This document shows, one piece after another, positions 1 through 12,568 of a stretch of 64,000 nt of DNA (its first letter is position 1; each line of letters starts with the position of its first letter). The stretch spans positions 992,001 to 1,056,000 of the forward strand of contig CP145414.1 of the NCBI GenBank assembly GCA_036867785.1, in the 5' to 3' direction. Under the pieces are notes generated by a model. It worked only from the letters and a program-made list of their open reading frames with translations. It was not told the origin of the DNA and searched no databases. Source of the DNA: Plasmodiophora brassicae. Lineage: Eukaryota. Both the position numbers and the translations under genes were made by a program.

Positions 1-780
1 GGCAGCACGTTTACGGCCAGCTTGGTTGACACGGGTCTGGGCGTCGACTCCACATCATGGACGTCTCGCACGAAGTCCAACTATATAGCGTATGCGACGA
101 CGGCCATTTCGTTCAGTATCCCGTCGTCCGACCACCGGATCGTCAACGTCGACCTGGTCCCTGACCAGGCACCCCCGCAGCAACGCACCGTGCTCTCGTT
201 CGTCGTCCTACCGCGAACGCGCAGCAACGTCGACACCGACTATGCGATCGCAGCAGCGTTCCGAGCCGAGATGCAGGTTGCCAACAGCACGATACGAAGC
301 GCCCTGCCGGTGTCATTCGCTGGACCGCCGCCCGTAGAGGTCAACATCACTTCAGTTCTTGTGAAAGTCTGTAGCACGGACGACTATGTCGTTGTTCGGC
401 ATCCAACTGGTGGATGCCCGGCATCGGTCGCTGCTTCATACGACGCGCCGCCAAACGTTGCCGCTGTGACCGCCCTTGTCGCTCTGGTTGTCGCCTGTCT
501 ATCCCTGTTCGCGTACGTTGTCTGGCAGCTGTGCATGCAGCGCGTCCGACGGCAGCAACGCGCGTTGGGTGCACACATGGCCGTCCTGGCGGCGAGTTTC
601 CCGGCACAATACGAGCCAACGATATCGCCAATGCCCGCACCTGACCCCCAGCGGCCAGGCAAGGTACGTCGCTGGGACGAACGCCGGGCACTGCACGCCA
701 AAGCGATGTGTGAGAGGGCCCCGCCACCAGACACCGATGCCGACTGGACGGTCGCAACGCACAGCACCATAAACAGGTGA
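1..780 (+). CDS. 3' part of a single-pass membrane protein; tandem paralog of the C-terminal half of the 891-2993 gene (5' end outside window)
   Basis: The frame is open from base 1 (GSTFTASLVD...). It aligns by eye with the next gene (HRIVNVDLVPD vs HRIVNMDVVPD; VNITSVLVKVC vs VNVTAVLVKVC; QYEPTISP; ERRALHAKAM). TM segment VAAVTALVALVVACLSLFAYVVW. Confidence 0.8.
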   Translation, partial: GSTFTASLVDTGLGVDSTSWTSRTKSNYIAYATTAISFSIPSSDHRIVNVDLVPDQAPPQQRTVLSFVVLPRTRSNVDTDYAIAAAFRAEMQVANSTIRSALPVSFAGPPPVEVNITSVLVKVCSTDDYVVVRHPTGGCPASVAASYDAPPNVAAVTALVALVVACLSLFAYVVWQLCMQRVRRQQRALGAHMAVLAASFPAQYEPTISPMPAPDPQRPGKVRRWDERRALHAKAMCERAPPPDTDADWTVATHSTINR

Positions 781-890
781 ACCGGGCCCGTTAAAATGAA
801 CGCTGGCCACTGCAGAGTACACAGGTCGGAAAATATCACGACATAGGTAGATATGGTACTGGTGATCGGAACGCTCGTAAGAGGCGTATC

Positions 891-2993
891 ATGAGGTTGA
901 CGGGCGTTATCGCTTGCGCGGCCCTAGCCGGCCTAGGGCTGGGGCAGGCGCCGCTGGCAGCAGTTGACGATACGTGGTTGCTGAATGCGTTCAACAACCT
1001 GCGCAGCAATGTGAACCCGCCGGCGACGAATATGAACCGTCTGCTGTGGAGCCCGACGCTGGCCAGCAGCGCCCAGACGAAGATCAATGCGTTTGCCAGC
1101 TGCAGCAGTGCAGACGGCGTGTCCAGTGCGCCATACGATTTCATCTACGACTACTTCCATGGCAACTACCAGGGGTCGTTCCAGTTCTGGGCGTCCGAAG
1201 GCAGCAGCGGGCCGGAATACAGTGAGATCTCGTGGGCCACCTATACGGCGATCGGATGCGCGGCCTATGGACCCTGCACTCAGTCGTCGAACTTCCTCCT
1301 CTGGTGCTACTTTCAGGGGCCGACATCCTGGTCCAAAGCGTCCTCGCCGTACAAGTCAGGGACGCCGGCGTGTTCACAGTGCCCGCTGGCGTATACAAAC
1401 TGTACGGCGAACCTGTGCTCGATTCCGACCTCATCGCCGGCGCCAACTCCAGCGCCAACACCGGCGCCAACTCTAGCGCCAACACCAGCACCGACTCCAG
1501 CGCCAACACCAGCACCGACTCCAGCGCCAACACCAGCACCGACTCCAGCGCCAACACCACCACCGACTCCAGCGCCAACTCCAGCGCCAACTCCAGCGCC
1601 AACTCCAGCGCCAACTCCAGCGCCAACACCGGCGCCAACACCAGCGCCAACTCCTGCGCCGACAGCAGCGCCAACTCTTGCGCCGACAGCAGCGCCAACT
1701 CCAGCGCCAACTCCAGTGCCAACAGCAGCGCCAACTCCAGCGCCAACAGCAGCGCCAACTCCAGCACCGACAGCAGCGCCGACACTAGCGCCAACTCTTG
1801 CGCCGACAGCAGCGCCGACTGCAGCGCCAACCCCAGCGCCAACACCAGCGTCAACAGCAGCGCCAACGCCTTCGCCAACTCCGTTTCCGACGTTTGGGCC
1901 AACACACTCCGCGCCGCCTTCGCCAGCACCATCTCCACTGCCATCGCCAGCTCCATCCCCAGCAGCATCGCCAACTCGAAGACCGTCGTCGGCACCGTCG
2001 TCAATTACACCACGCGCCCCTGTCTCCCCAACGTCATTGCAAATCGACACGCGGTCCCGATTGACCTCGACCCGTAGAGCAGTCAGCGCCACTGAGCCCA
2101 TCCGGACAAGGCAGACATCAGCAACCGTCCATGCCGTGTCGTCCGCCCCGTTCCAGCTCCCCGACTTCACGGCCATTGGCTCCACGTTCACGGCGAGCTT
2201 GGTGCAGATGTTCCTGAACGTGGACTGCACGTCGTGGTCGTCAGGCACAAAGACCAGCGAGGCCACGTCCGCGACGACGGCGATTTCGTCGGGCATCCCC
2301 TCCGCAGATCATCGCATTGTCAACATGGACGTGGTTCCTGACAAGGCTGCACCACAGCGAAGGACGTTGCTGTCGTTTATCGTCCTACCGCGGCTGTCCA
2401 TCAACGTCGACACCGATCTCGCAGTGGCCCTACAATTTCGAGCCGCAATGCAGGCCACGAACGGCGCCGTGCGCATCAACGAACCGCTGTCCCTCGCTGG
2501 GGCGCCTCCCGTGCAGGTCAACGTCACCGCAGTCCTTGTCAAGGTCTGCGACACAGGCGTCTACGTTATTGTTCAGCACCCAACAGATCCTTGCCCTTCG
2601 TCAACGTCTGATTTAAGGGCACCGGCAAGACCCGCCCAGGTCGACACGGCTGCGGTGGTCGTCGTCGCTGTCCTTGCCGTTATAGCATTAGCAATGCTAT
2701 CGTTCGCTCTCGGACAGCTGTACAAGCAGCGTTGTCGCCGTCGACAGCCGGTCGTCGGCAGTGGCACGCAGATGTCTGTGATTGCATCGACCTTCCGGAC
2801 GCAATACGAACCGACGATATCACCTGCGCCCCAACCCGAAACCCGTCGCTCTAACAAGCTGCGCCCCGGGCAGGAGCGACGCGCGCTCCACGCCAAAGCC
2901 ATGGTGCAGAGCAAGCCGTCCCACGAGCCCGACTACGACTGGACGATCACCCTGAAAGGCAACACTGCATCGGCGGCGCACCCGGCGGTCTGA
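891..2993 (+). CDS. CAP/SCP (PR-1-like) domain protein with signal peptide, Pro/Thr/Ala stalk, juxtamembrane domain and C-terminal TM helix
   Basis: 700-aa ORF with a hydrophobic N-terminus. CAP-like segments NNLRSNVNPPATNMNRLLWSPTLA and ISWATYTAIGCA...WCYF, plus a Cys-rich hinge PYKSGTPACSQCP. Long PTPA repeat. TM AAVVVVAVLAVIALAMLSFAL. Confidence 0.85.
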   Translation: MRLTGVIACAALAGLGLGQAPLAAVDDTWLLNAFNNLRSNVNPPATNMNRLLWSPTLASSAQTKINAFASCSSADGVSSAPYDFIYDYFHGNYQGSFQFWASEGSSGPEYSEISWATYTAIGCAAYGPCTQSSNFLLWCYFQGPTSWSKASSPYKSGTPACSQCPLAYTNCTANLCSIPTSSPAPTPAPTPAPTLAPTPAPTPAPTPAPTPAPTPAPTPAPTPPPTPAPTPAPTPAPTPAPTPAPTPAPTPAPTPAPTAAPTLAPTAAPTPAPTPVPTAAPTPAPTAAPTPAPTAAPTLAPTLAPTAAPTAAPTPAPTPASTAAPTPSPTPFPTFGPTHSAPPSPAPSPLPSPAPSPAASPTRRPSSAPSSITPRAPVSPTSLQIDTRSRLTSTRRAVSATEPIRTRQTSATVHAVSSAPFQLPDFTAIGSTFTASLVQMFLNVDCTSWSSGTKTSEATSATTAISSGIPSADHRIVNMDVVPDKAAPQRRTLLSFIVLPRLSINVDTDLAVALQFRAAMQATNGAVRINEPLSLAGAPPVQVNVTAVLVKVCDTGVYVIVQHPTDPCPSSTSDLRAPARPAQVDTAAVVVVAVLAVIALAMLSFALGQLYKQRCRRRQPVVGSGTQMSVIASTFRTQYEPTISPAPQPETRRSNKLRPGQERRALHAKAMVQSKPSHEPDYDWTITLKGNTASAAHPAV
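1435..1875 (+). repeat. 12-bp coding tandem repeat (ccagcgccaact-like) encoding (P-A-P-T)n mucin-like stalk
   Basis: Imperfect 12-nt tandem units are directly visible and translate to PTPA/PTAA repeats. Confidence 0.95.
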
Positions 2994-3260
2994 CACCCTA
3001 GGGCGCCGGCCAAATCCTCAGTGACAACGAACACAGCCCTGGTGCCCCTCTTCGGCACGCTCGTTCGCCAGCGGCCGTCGCGCTGACTGCGTCATCGTAT
3101 AAAAAATATCATGACCGGTTTACGGCTGCGGTTCGTGGCCGACAAAAATCAGGTTCGACTGCCTGAGCAGCGGACCGCCCGGCGCCCCCATCGGAGCCCG
3201 CGACTCCCGATCGCTCCAGTTCGCGGTTGTGTTTTGCGCGCGCGGACGGCGGTTCTAGCC

Positions 3261-5140
3261 ATGGATACGATCCAGGACGTACTCGGGAAGGCGTCGGCCG
3301 CGTCGCTGGACGACCTGCAGGCCGTCCTGCTCGGTCTGAACGGTGCTCGGGTCGCCGGGTACGCCGTCCCGGTCCTGACGGTTCGATTCGACAGCGGGGG
3401 GCCGATGGCTGGGGCGTGTCCCGTGTTGACGGTTGTCGGTGTAGATCGCGCACGGGTTGAACGTGCTTCTACAGACGCGGATCGCGGGGAATGCCGCCCG
3501 CCAGGCTGTCCTGCAAAGCCTAGTCGCGTTTATCATATGCTCGACAGGCGGGTCGGCGCTGACGTCGGTTCTTCTTGGGACCCGCATCAACTGTATGCCT
3601 GTCGGCCGGTCCTCGCGACTGTGAACGCTGACGCTGGACATGCCCAGCATTCTCGATGGCGTCGTTCCCGTATCTTTTCGGGTGCTGGTGCCTACTGTAC
3701 CTGAATCCCTGGCTGCACTCATTGCTGACAAGGGCGGTGTTTCGCGTCCCGATTGCCACAGTGGCTGCGATCTCCCAGGCGACAAACGTGTTCGCTGGAG
3801 TAACCCATTCTTCATCTTCAGTTCGGTGCCACGTTTGTTTAGACCCATGCCGCAGGTTGAGCTGGCGACCCAGCTGGCACGTGGAGAATTCATACTCGCG
3901 TTTGTATGCGGCGTCCTTTCCGCGACGGGTTTGACAATGTTCATGTGCAATTATTGTCAACCTTCTAACGTCAATCGTCAAGGCGGGGGAATCCTTGGCG
4001 ACGCGTTCCAGTTGTATAACACGAACTGGGGTCTGAGGACGCCGTCGGCATTCTCCGAGCTGTCCTCCCGAATCGTGCTGCCCATGATTGCCTCCAATTT
4101 GTACACACTGTCAACGTATGTCGCTGTTGTCGCCCTCAGCAACCATGTGTGACACCGCACCAGGCTCCCGGATGTGCCCCGCCTGACAGGCCTGCCGATC
4201 AAGCTCTCTGTCATATTCATCCTTGCGGTTCCTGTCTTCTTCAACACGCTTGGGCAGCGCCCTCCTGCTACCAAGGAGAAACCCAAGCGCGAATGATATC
4301 CATTAAACCCACCCTGGTAACATTGGCTCGATCTACATTGACCTGGCCGGCCTTTCTTGGAGTACACACGTCATTGGTTTTGCTCCATCGCTCATACTTC
4401 TCTTCGCCGCCGAGTCATCGGAGCACTGCTCCCGTGCTCGTCACTCGAACGAAGGCGTGAACGTGTATCTGCATGTACGTTTGCGTCCGAAACCCACGTC
4501 GAGGGGATGCTAATCCCTCACGGCGGCATGTCTTCAAGAAGACCATCCATGTCAACGAGTGGACAACTGAGGCGCAGATTTTCATCGATACGTGCACAAA
4601 GATCAAGGACGTCGGCGCCTAGCGCGATGAGATGAACGCGTACAGCCTTGCCGGCCGACCGAACAATTTCCTGCCCTACCTATGGAGGTCGTGCCAACCA
4701 AATTTTCGCCAGGCGGCAATCGATGTCAACATCAAAGTCGAAGACCGCTCCTTCCTCTCGAGTGTTCTCCCAACTCAGCCAGAAGAGTCATAGCATGTCG
4801 ATCGCCTCCGAAAGCCTGTAGCTTTCCCTTTCTTAGCATTCGATGCAACAACGCTTTGCCGAATGTGACCCCAGGAAACTGACCACCAAGCACATTTATG
4901 ACCTAAAGACGTACCTGAGGATAACTCATACGTGTACATTATACCGTTTGGAATGGAGGGGAACGTAATTTGCACAGGGCAAGAATTGCGCACGCCTGTT
5001 CCGTTGTCAGGTCACGTTGATCAGGGGGCCAGGGCTGTTGTGCTAGACGGGGGCTCCACTGCGTGGTTGTGGTCGAGGCAGAAGTTGGAGTCCTTCACCA
5101 TGTACGGAGTGTTCAGCGTGCAAGTTGTTCGAACGTAACG
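3261..5140 (+). CDS. Probable multi-exon hypothetical gene(s); structure unresolved
   Basis: A chain of protein-like + strand ORF pieces (3261-, 3640-4152, 4932-5138) is separated by intron-like stretches. No domain was recognised. Confidence 0.3.
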
Positions 5141-6084
5141 ATCCTTCTTCTTGTCTGAATCGTTGAAATTGCAGTACGATTGGCCTGACGATAACAGTTA
5201 GCAATAGCAATATGCATAGCCTATAATACGAAGGACAGACCTCGCGCCCAGGCGCCGTCGTGGCCAAGCAATCGATCGAGCGCTCCTTTTCCGCAAAGGG
5301 CTTGAACTGAACGTTGACATGAGACGATGAGCCAGCGTCACTCAACCCCGAATGATGGAATGTAGTAAGAACTACGTACATGAAAGCCAGTCTTCTTGGC
5401 GTATGTTTCCAGAAAATGTTTCATCTCGGCTTGGGTGTCGAACGCCATCGCTGGTGCCGGCACCCAAGCGCAGCTGATTGCCGAGATATCCGAAGGCTGA
5501 CGTCAGCTATACATTTGTAAGTTCTTTACGCGCTCGAGGATGGGCTCTCTGTCGATCAGATTCGACGTTGCCGCCACAGTATCGCTCGAGTTGCTTTCCT
5601 TGGCACGATGCCAGATTCCCGAAATAGTTATAAGTGCACGCCTCGAAGTCGTTTACTGCTTCAGAGATGCTTCCCGCCCCAAGCTTCCCGTTGTGAGACT
5701 TATAAGGAGATGTTCATGAACGACTCCCTGGCGTTGCTCGTTCGCCAGGTTGGGGCGCACCGTGCCGGCGACCAGGGAACGCAATCGGTTTGGGCCGGGG
5801 TGGGCTATTCTTGGATAGCTACAAAGGTGGGCGTCAACCGGCTAAAGGTATAACCGTATAAGTAAGAAGCGAGGGCTTACCATGGAGTTATGTTGCCAGA
5901 ACGACAACTGCCTGGCCTAGCGATGAACGGAGTTTTGCAAAGATGAGTCTCTTTACGACGTTAATGCCGCGGAGTACAGTGGACGACGGGACTCACCGGA
6001 TGAAACGGGGCGGTATTTACTGCCGTGTGCCCCAAAACTGCAAAAGGGGATGCCGCCGGTGCCACTTGGAAATTCTTTGCGGCA

Positions 6085-7491
6085 ATGGTGCACTGGGGAG
6101 CAGTTCGAGCAGTTGGCGGCGCCGTCGGCGGTATCGTCGTGGGAGGTCTGGCGTCATCGTGGCTGCTTGCAGGGACAGCATCGGCGACAGCACCGCCCCC
6201 GTTTGCGGCGGTAACGCAAGAGCGATCATGCGTCCCTGGCGCGTCGGTCGCTGAGTTCATGGCAGAGGCCCCAGCCGGGAACCGTGAAAGTTGTCGACCC
6301 GAACGGGAACGCTAAGGTCGAGTTGCGCATCGGCGACTCTGCATTCGCTGAGGTCTACGTGTTCGGTGCGCACTGCCGTGTTATCGGGCGGCGAGGTTTG
6401 ACGCTAATGGCACTGAACGATATAGGAGCGCACGTCACTCGCTTCAATACGAAGTCGGAGTCCCACCCCATTCTGTTCTTGAGCAAGAAGGCCGTTCTTG
6501 ATGGATCGAAGGCAATCCGAGGCGGTATCCCGATTATATTCCCGCAGTTCGGGCCAAACGGACCCTTGCCCCAACATGCACGTCCATGGCTTGCTGGTCA
6601 GTCGTCGACGCATCCTAACTTGGCATTCATTCCAGGGCTTTGCGCGCACATCGAAATGGAAGGTCGCCAAGCATTCAGGGGAAGATAATTTTGCCGAAGT
6701 GACACTGACGCTCGCGTCGAACGAAGAGACCATGAAGGTTCGTCATAGTGAGGTTCGTGAAACGTATGCATGGTTGACCCTTTCCGTCCAGATCTGGCCC
6801 CACCAGTTTTCAAGTTCCTACACTGTTCGACTGTTTCCTGACAGTCTCGAATGTGTCTGGGAGGTCGAGAATACGTCCAAGAAAGACCCCCTGACGTTCA
6901 CGTCAGCACTTCATTCCTACTTCCAGGTCGATGTATGGCATGTCTTCCCAGTCCGCGTAACCTTATATTTTCCACACCGTTCACATACTGTTGCAGGATG
7001 TCGAGAAAATCACGCTGGGCGATCTCGCGAACTTGAAATATTCCGACACGACAAATAATGGTCAGATACGTGATTCAGAAGCACCGCTGCTGAAAGTCAA
7101 AGGTGATCTGGCTGGTGGTCTCAGTTGAACATGTTTCTAAAGCGTGCACCAGGTGAGATTGACCGGCTCTACATTAACACGCCTAAACAGATCTGTATCA
7201 ACGACAAAGGTCCACGTCACCATCTTTTCTTGAGCTGCTGCCAAGTGGTAATACTTGCACGTGACAGATGGCGTGATCCAAATCACAAAGGACGAATCGT
7301 TGCCAGATGCCGTTATTTGGAACCCGGCTCCTGAGAAATCGAAGGCCATGAAAGATTTCGACGACAGTGAGTGGAAACAGATGATTTGTGTCGAGCCTGC
7401 TGCTGTCCATAAACCGGTGGTTCTGGCGCCCGGTGCTAAGTGGTCAACTACGATGCTCATTCGCAAGAGTTACAAGTCGTCCAAGCTGTGA
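6085..7491 (+). CDS. Glucose-6-phosphate 1-epimerase (aldose 1-epimerase family), multi-exon, ends in -SKL
   Basis: Motifs GAHVT, LFLSKKAVLDGSKAIRGGIPIIFPQFG, GFAR, FTSALHSYF, EIDRLY and DAVIWNP...MICVEPA. A phase-0 intron at 6211-6265 joins exon 1 (ATG 6085) to frame 2. Confidence 0.9.
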
Positions 7492-7709
7492 CATCAGTTC
7501 CGGGACTTAAATGCTGCGGGCGGCGGGCATCGTCGCCTTTTGATGGCCATCACTCATGAGGTAAAGCCAATTTCTGGTTCGGCAACGGCAGCCATCTGCG
7601 ACCAGTCGATAGACCAATGTACCGTGTGGAGACCGTAGACATAGGCGCTGCCGAATTTATATGCACCGCTGACGTCGACGTAGCCACCGCTAGAGGTAAC
7701 GCCAAGCGT

Positions 7710-10350
7710 TCATAGATCCTTGTCTTCAGCAGTGTAGTCTGGCGTCTCCTCGGGCTGCTGAAATCGCGGGTCCTTCGCTTTCTTCGATTTGAATGGGTTC
7801 CATTTGATGTAGCCACGTGCCTCGAGCAGGTCCGCGCCAAGCAGGGCAATAATGTACAGGAGGACCAGGTGCAGAAGCCCCTCCCATATCGATGCGCCGC
7901 CGATGTAATACCAGTAGCCTTCCTCTTCTTCGTCCTCAGCTGACGTACCTTGTTCAGCGCCCTCGTCAGCCTCCTCATCTTCGGCTGATATGAGTGGCAA
8001 AGGCTTCTTAACGTCGATTGTCACGGTTTGGGACACGTCCAGACCAATATAGGAGTCACACATGAGAACGAATTCGAACTGGCAAACATGGAGGTAAGCA
8101 AACGCCAACCAACAATACCGCATTCGGCCTTACCTGAGTCGGCCCGACATCCTTCATCTGGATTTGAATCTTGACAGTCTTCTGCCTTCGTAAACATCGA
8201 ACCTAACGGAACGTTACAGGCGAGCTAACAATGTTGCCCAAGAAGTCACGTACCCTCTCAAGACTAACGAGGTCCTTGTTGGCGTTGAAGACAATTAGGA
8301 CCCAATTCTCTTGTTTCGGGAAAGGGAACAAAGGCGCATGCGCCTCGAGAAGATCCACCTCGTCAACATCTTCCTCCTTGGGCGTTTCTATGAGTTCAAC
8401 TTCCTCGTCTTCCTCGAGTGACGTGCTCGACCGACGCAGAGTTGGAGGTTCGGACACTGGCGCAAGTTCATCGATCGGTTTAGGCTGGGATGACGGCACA
8501 ATCCGATCGGGAAAGTCATTCAAACGTGTGACGGTGACTTCAAACGTGACGACGTCCATCTGGCGAATTTCGCCGCCAGGCGTTGAGGTACTGGTCTTGT
8601 CATCCGTGGTCGTGTACTTAGCATCAAGTTCAACTAGTGGAAGAACATCGCATGTCGCTTCAATATCATCAATCTCGCTTGGCGAGAACCTGGCGAGCTC
8701 GTTCAGTCAACGCCCTCTGGTAAACGAATCGGAAAACGACTGACCTCGATTTCAAAATTGCTTCTCTGGCGGCCTTGTTCAGTTCAAGGAATTTACGAAG
8801 CGTCTTAATCTTATCTTTCCCTAACGACTTCGCTGCCTGCAACACAATCAATAGAAGTACATATATGACAACGTACAATAAGGACCCTCTCGTCGAAATG
8901 CGGTAGCTGCAGAAGTGGAGAATGGTAAACCCACACAGCCTGAGTGATTGCCCTAACGGTCTCGTTAGCATGGGGTATGAGACCGTTCCCACAGCACACA
9001 CTGAGATAGGGCGATGACGGAAATTATGTTGCGATAGAGCTTCTTCAGTAAACAGACGTCGAGCATGCCTTTGATCAGCTGGTGAACTTTCGAAAGGACA
9101 TACACCAATTCCCCGTGGAATTCTGAAGGCATTGCCTCGCTACGCAAGAGATAGCCATGCAGGAGAATGTTAACCTGATTCACAATCAGCGGCAATCTTC
9201 CAGTATCAGATTGCACAAACCTTGTTTACGTATGCAAGGCGCCCTCCCGCAATTCGAGGCCTCGCCATCTCGTCAGCGATAGTGGCATCTATTTAAAAAT
9301 TAACCCATGATGACAACAAACGCGTCATAGCGTCGACGAACGAAGCTTCTGGAGACGATCGAGATGGCTATTATGGCCAAGGCTTCGGTATTCGACACTG
9401 GCGGCGAGAGTCTGAAGGACAATCACGTTCATCCTTGCGTTACAGGATCTATGTCGAATCGTTGACAACCTCAAGAAGAAACTTGGGCGCCATGGAATCG
9501 TTCATCGTCTGATAGTAGATGGCAAGAGTCTCCATTTCAGTGCCAGTTGGATCCAAACGAGACGATCGTCTCCACCAGAGGCCAACCTATACATCGTGAT
9601 CAATTGTGTCACAACGGATTCAACTGAGCGGGGTCCCGACCGCAATGGGAAGCACAATAAAGAACAGGAAGAAGTACACCAGTAGAATCGGGCGCTCGTA
9701 CTTGCCCTCTGCTAAAAGCGACGGCAGCGCAATCGTTACGCTAGGAGAGTCTCAGAAACCAGCACGTCAACAGTATAGAGCAGCTGCACTGACCTAGCCC
9801 CTGAGTACCCATCCGGATTGCCGTACTTCTCCCAGTTCTCCCGAGCCGCATCGTCCGTGAGCGTCTGGTACGCTTTGGAGACGCGAATGAACATTTGCTC
9901 TGCCGCCGGGTTATTCAAATTCCTGTCTGGGTGGTACTCCAGAGAAAGTTTGCGATACGCTTTCTTGATATCGGGGACATCAGCACCGACTTCCAGACCA
10001 AGAATCTTATACGGGTCGAATGACAGCAGTTCTTCGGTGGTGTGTTGCAGAACATGGAAGGAAACGATCGCGAATATAATCCAACCGATAGCTAGAACAA
10101 TATTCATTGGCGAAAAGATTCGTTCCCGAGCCAGTTTCGCCTTATGAGCTTTGCTATGGTCGAACACAACCTGCTTCTCGCTCATCACGTTCAGCGACGC
10201 CTGGCCGAGGGTCGGCCTCGAGCGTTTCTTCGTCAGCGCCGACCAGCACCACGACACAAGCAGCGACAACGTCACCGGAATCAGGGCCGTCGCCAGCAGC
10301 GCCATCCAGAACCACCCGAAGGCCACATCATCATGGACGAGGATGCCCAT
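7710..10350 (-). CDS. SEC63: ER translocon-associated SEC63 (3 TM + J-domain + Sec63/Brl domain), multi-exon
   Basis: N-terminal TM helices, then FDPYKILGL...IKKAYRKLSLEYHPDRN...KAYQTLTD...NWEKYGNPDG (J-domain). Later HAPLFPFPKQENW and LMCDSYIGLD segments with acidic stretches. Confidence 0.92.
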
Positions 10351-10564
10351 CGATGTCCACAACGCCTGACAGCTTGGCGCAGTCCGGACGCACTCTGTCC
10401 CGACTCCAATCTATTTCAAGCCCCCAACCAACAACTCGAATATACGAAGAAGCAGTCGAACGCTCAAGTGTTCTGGACATGAAAACACTGCATTCAAGGA
10501 TTTATGATCAATATATGCATGATGCGTTGGCTGAAGTATGGCAACGATGCCATCCAGCAAACGA

Positions 10565-12232
10565 TCAAAACCGCTCCGGGTACTGGGAAGGCCTCTTCCA
10601 GTGCGGGCTTTCGGCAGGAGATACCGATTGCCTCGGCGTGAAAGCAGCCATTATTCTCGCTTTCAGGGACCGCCTTCTATATCTTCTGATGCAGAAAACG
10701 CTACAGAGACGCATATATCAGGACGATCAGCGATTACAGACAAGCTAACGTACCACAAGACGATTCCTCCGACAAGAGCAAAGACAATACATACCGCTCC
10801 GATAATGACCTGGAGAGGTGACAGTCCCCACCAGATTTCATCATTTCTATCGGGACGGCGTAAACTGTCCGCTGCAGAAAATTCCCGGCCAAACGGTGTG
10901 CGATCCTCCTGGACGACACCGGGTGCCGTTTGAGTGCTTGCTGATGGTGCGGATTCAGGCGCGGCCTGCGATAATCGGGTCAATCAGCGTACACAGGTTG
11001 ACAGTGCATGTGATACCGTTGACGCAGATCTTTGTCTCGGTTGTTCAAAATCATCCTCTGTTTCCTCGGTGCCGCTGGCTATAGAGAAACTAGGCGCGGA
11101 CTCTCCCGTCGGTGATGGGGGTTCAGGGAGCGGCGCTTCCTCAGCAGTAATGAAGGCAATCAATCGTTTAGCCGCAAGCTTGCAGATCTTCAGAGCGTCT
11201 GTACTGACGCGGCAAGCCTGCTCGCAGATCGTGAATCGGGGCAGCCTAAAGTAGTTACCAATCGTGCAACACAGTACCTCCGTGTCATCCTTATTCCGAC
11301 TGAAAGGGGATGTCATTCGAAGCCGTTTGACTACCTGTTTGATCGTCATAAGAGGAACACGTTTGCCGTGAAGGCGATCATCAAAGAATGCACCCCTAAG
11401 CAGGTGTTGTTAGAAAAATCGATGGACATACCACGAGAAAGGGACACACTTGGCCAAGAGTGTTACGGCCGACCTATACTGTTCGTTAGCGAGCGCAAGA
11501 TACAGCGGCGCGCCGTTGAACGCATTCTTGTTCGCGTTCTGATGCAGCATGGTGTCAAACTAGGATGACATATTACCATGTTATTCTCAGGTTCATTCCC
11601 TCAATTACGAATCGCTGACCTACCAGGTTCTTTTGCGGCATTCCCGTTGCCGATGCAACGCACAGGGCAAATTCAGGAACTGGCCCGTGCGTGCCTCCTT
11701 TGATGGCATCGTAGAAGTGGTAGTTTTGCTGAAGCAGGGCGTAGAAAAGCGCTTGTTGCTGGACATGGTACGTCGGATTCGATGCAGGGCCGCTCAGGTT
11801 CGATTCAATGGATTTGTAAGTCTTTTGATCGCCTATGTAGGCAGCCAGACCGGCCACTGAGCTTCGAGGTATGTCCAGGAAGTCGCCTCGTGTGATGATA
11901 TACTCGATATCGGTCTTGTTCAACGGAAGCGGCGAGTATACCAGGGATTGACTGTCGATGAGCACGGTGGACAGCGGCGGGCTCATAAGCGTAGTCCATG
12001 TGTCTCCGTCGTTGAACAACCCATGGGGTCTAGCGATACCTCTCGCCTCGTCGTCGCCAAGTTTGGCAATCAGGTCCGCAGCGCTCAGCGTCTGTTCCGT
12101 ATGTACAACGCGGACGGCCACCATGAGGACGACAGCGGAAAGCCCCCATCGCACCGTCTGCCATCGATGGGATCGAAACCGGCGGTGGCCCTCCAAGTCC
12201 ATGCGCAAAAGAGATTGGACGAATGCGCTCAT
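10565..12232 (-). CDS. Hypothetical type I membrane protein, multi-exon
   Basis: ORFs 11573-12355, 10984-11349 and 10663-10983 lie in series. There is an N-terminal hydrophobic segment and a C-terminal TM (QVIIGAVCIVFALVGGIVL). After a GT-AG intron comes a basic tail RRYRRRSLK ending at TGA 10565. Confidence 0.55.
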
Positions 12233-12568
12233 CGACAAAGGCACATAGCAGTCGACGAGCGCGCCCTCCTTGCCCGATCGACTTGGCGTATGGCAGGGGG
12301 AGGGGGCACAAAAATTTTCGTTCAACGCGACGCCGTTACCCTGGCGACGTGACAAAGGTACGTCGTCCGTGGCAAGTATTCACAGCCAATGTCGTCGAAC
12401 AACGTCCATCCAACGCAGCCTATTAATAAGTTCTGGCACAAGCGCATCGTTGGGGATCCGACAGACGCATGCCAACCGGAACTGCGTCGTCGCCAATTTG
12501 CCAACCCTTCGTGGACGCCATACCAGGGGGCGTTTGACCAGAAATCAGTTACGCAGAAATATCTGCCG

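Noticed and set aside
1435-1875. Regular repeat considered as a CRISPR array
   Set aside because: It has no unique spacers, is an in-frame coding repeat, and the context is eukaryotic with no cas genes.
1141-2296. Long alternative-frame and antisense ORFs (poly-LALE, poly-SSAN, poly-GAGV)
   Set aside because: They are by-products of the stop-free 12-bp tandem repeat in the CAP gene.
6259-6290. Apparent frameshift between ATG 6259 and the epimerase frame
   Set aside because: A 55-nt GT-AG intron (6211-6265) from an upstream exon restores the frame, so no indel or recoding is needed.
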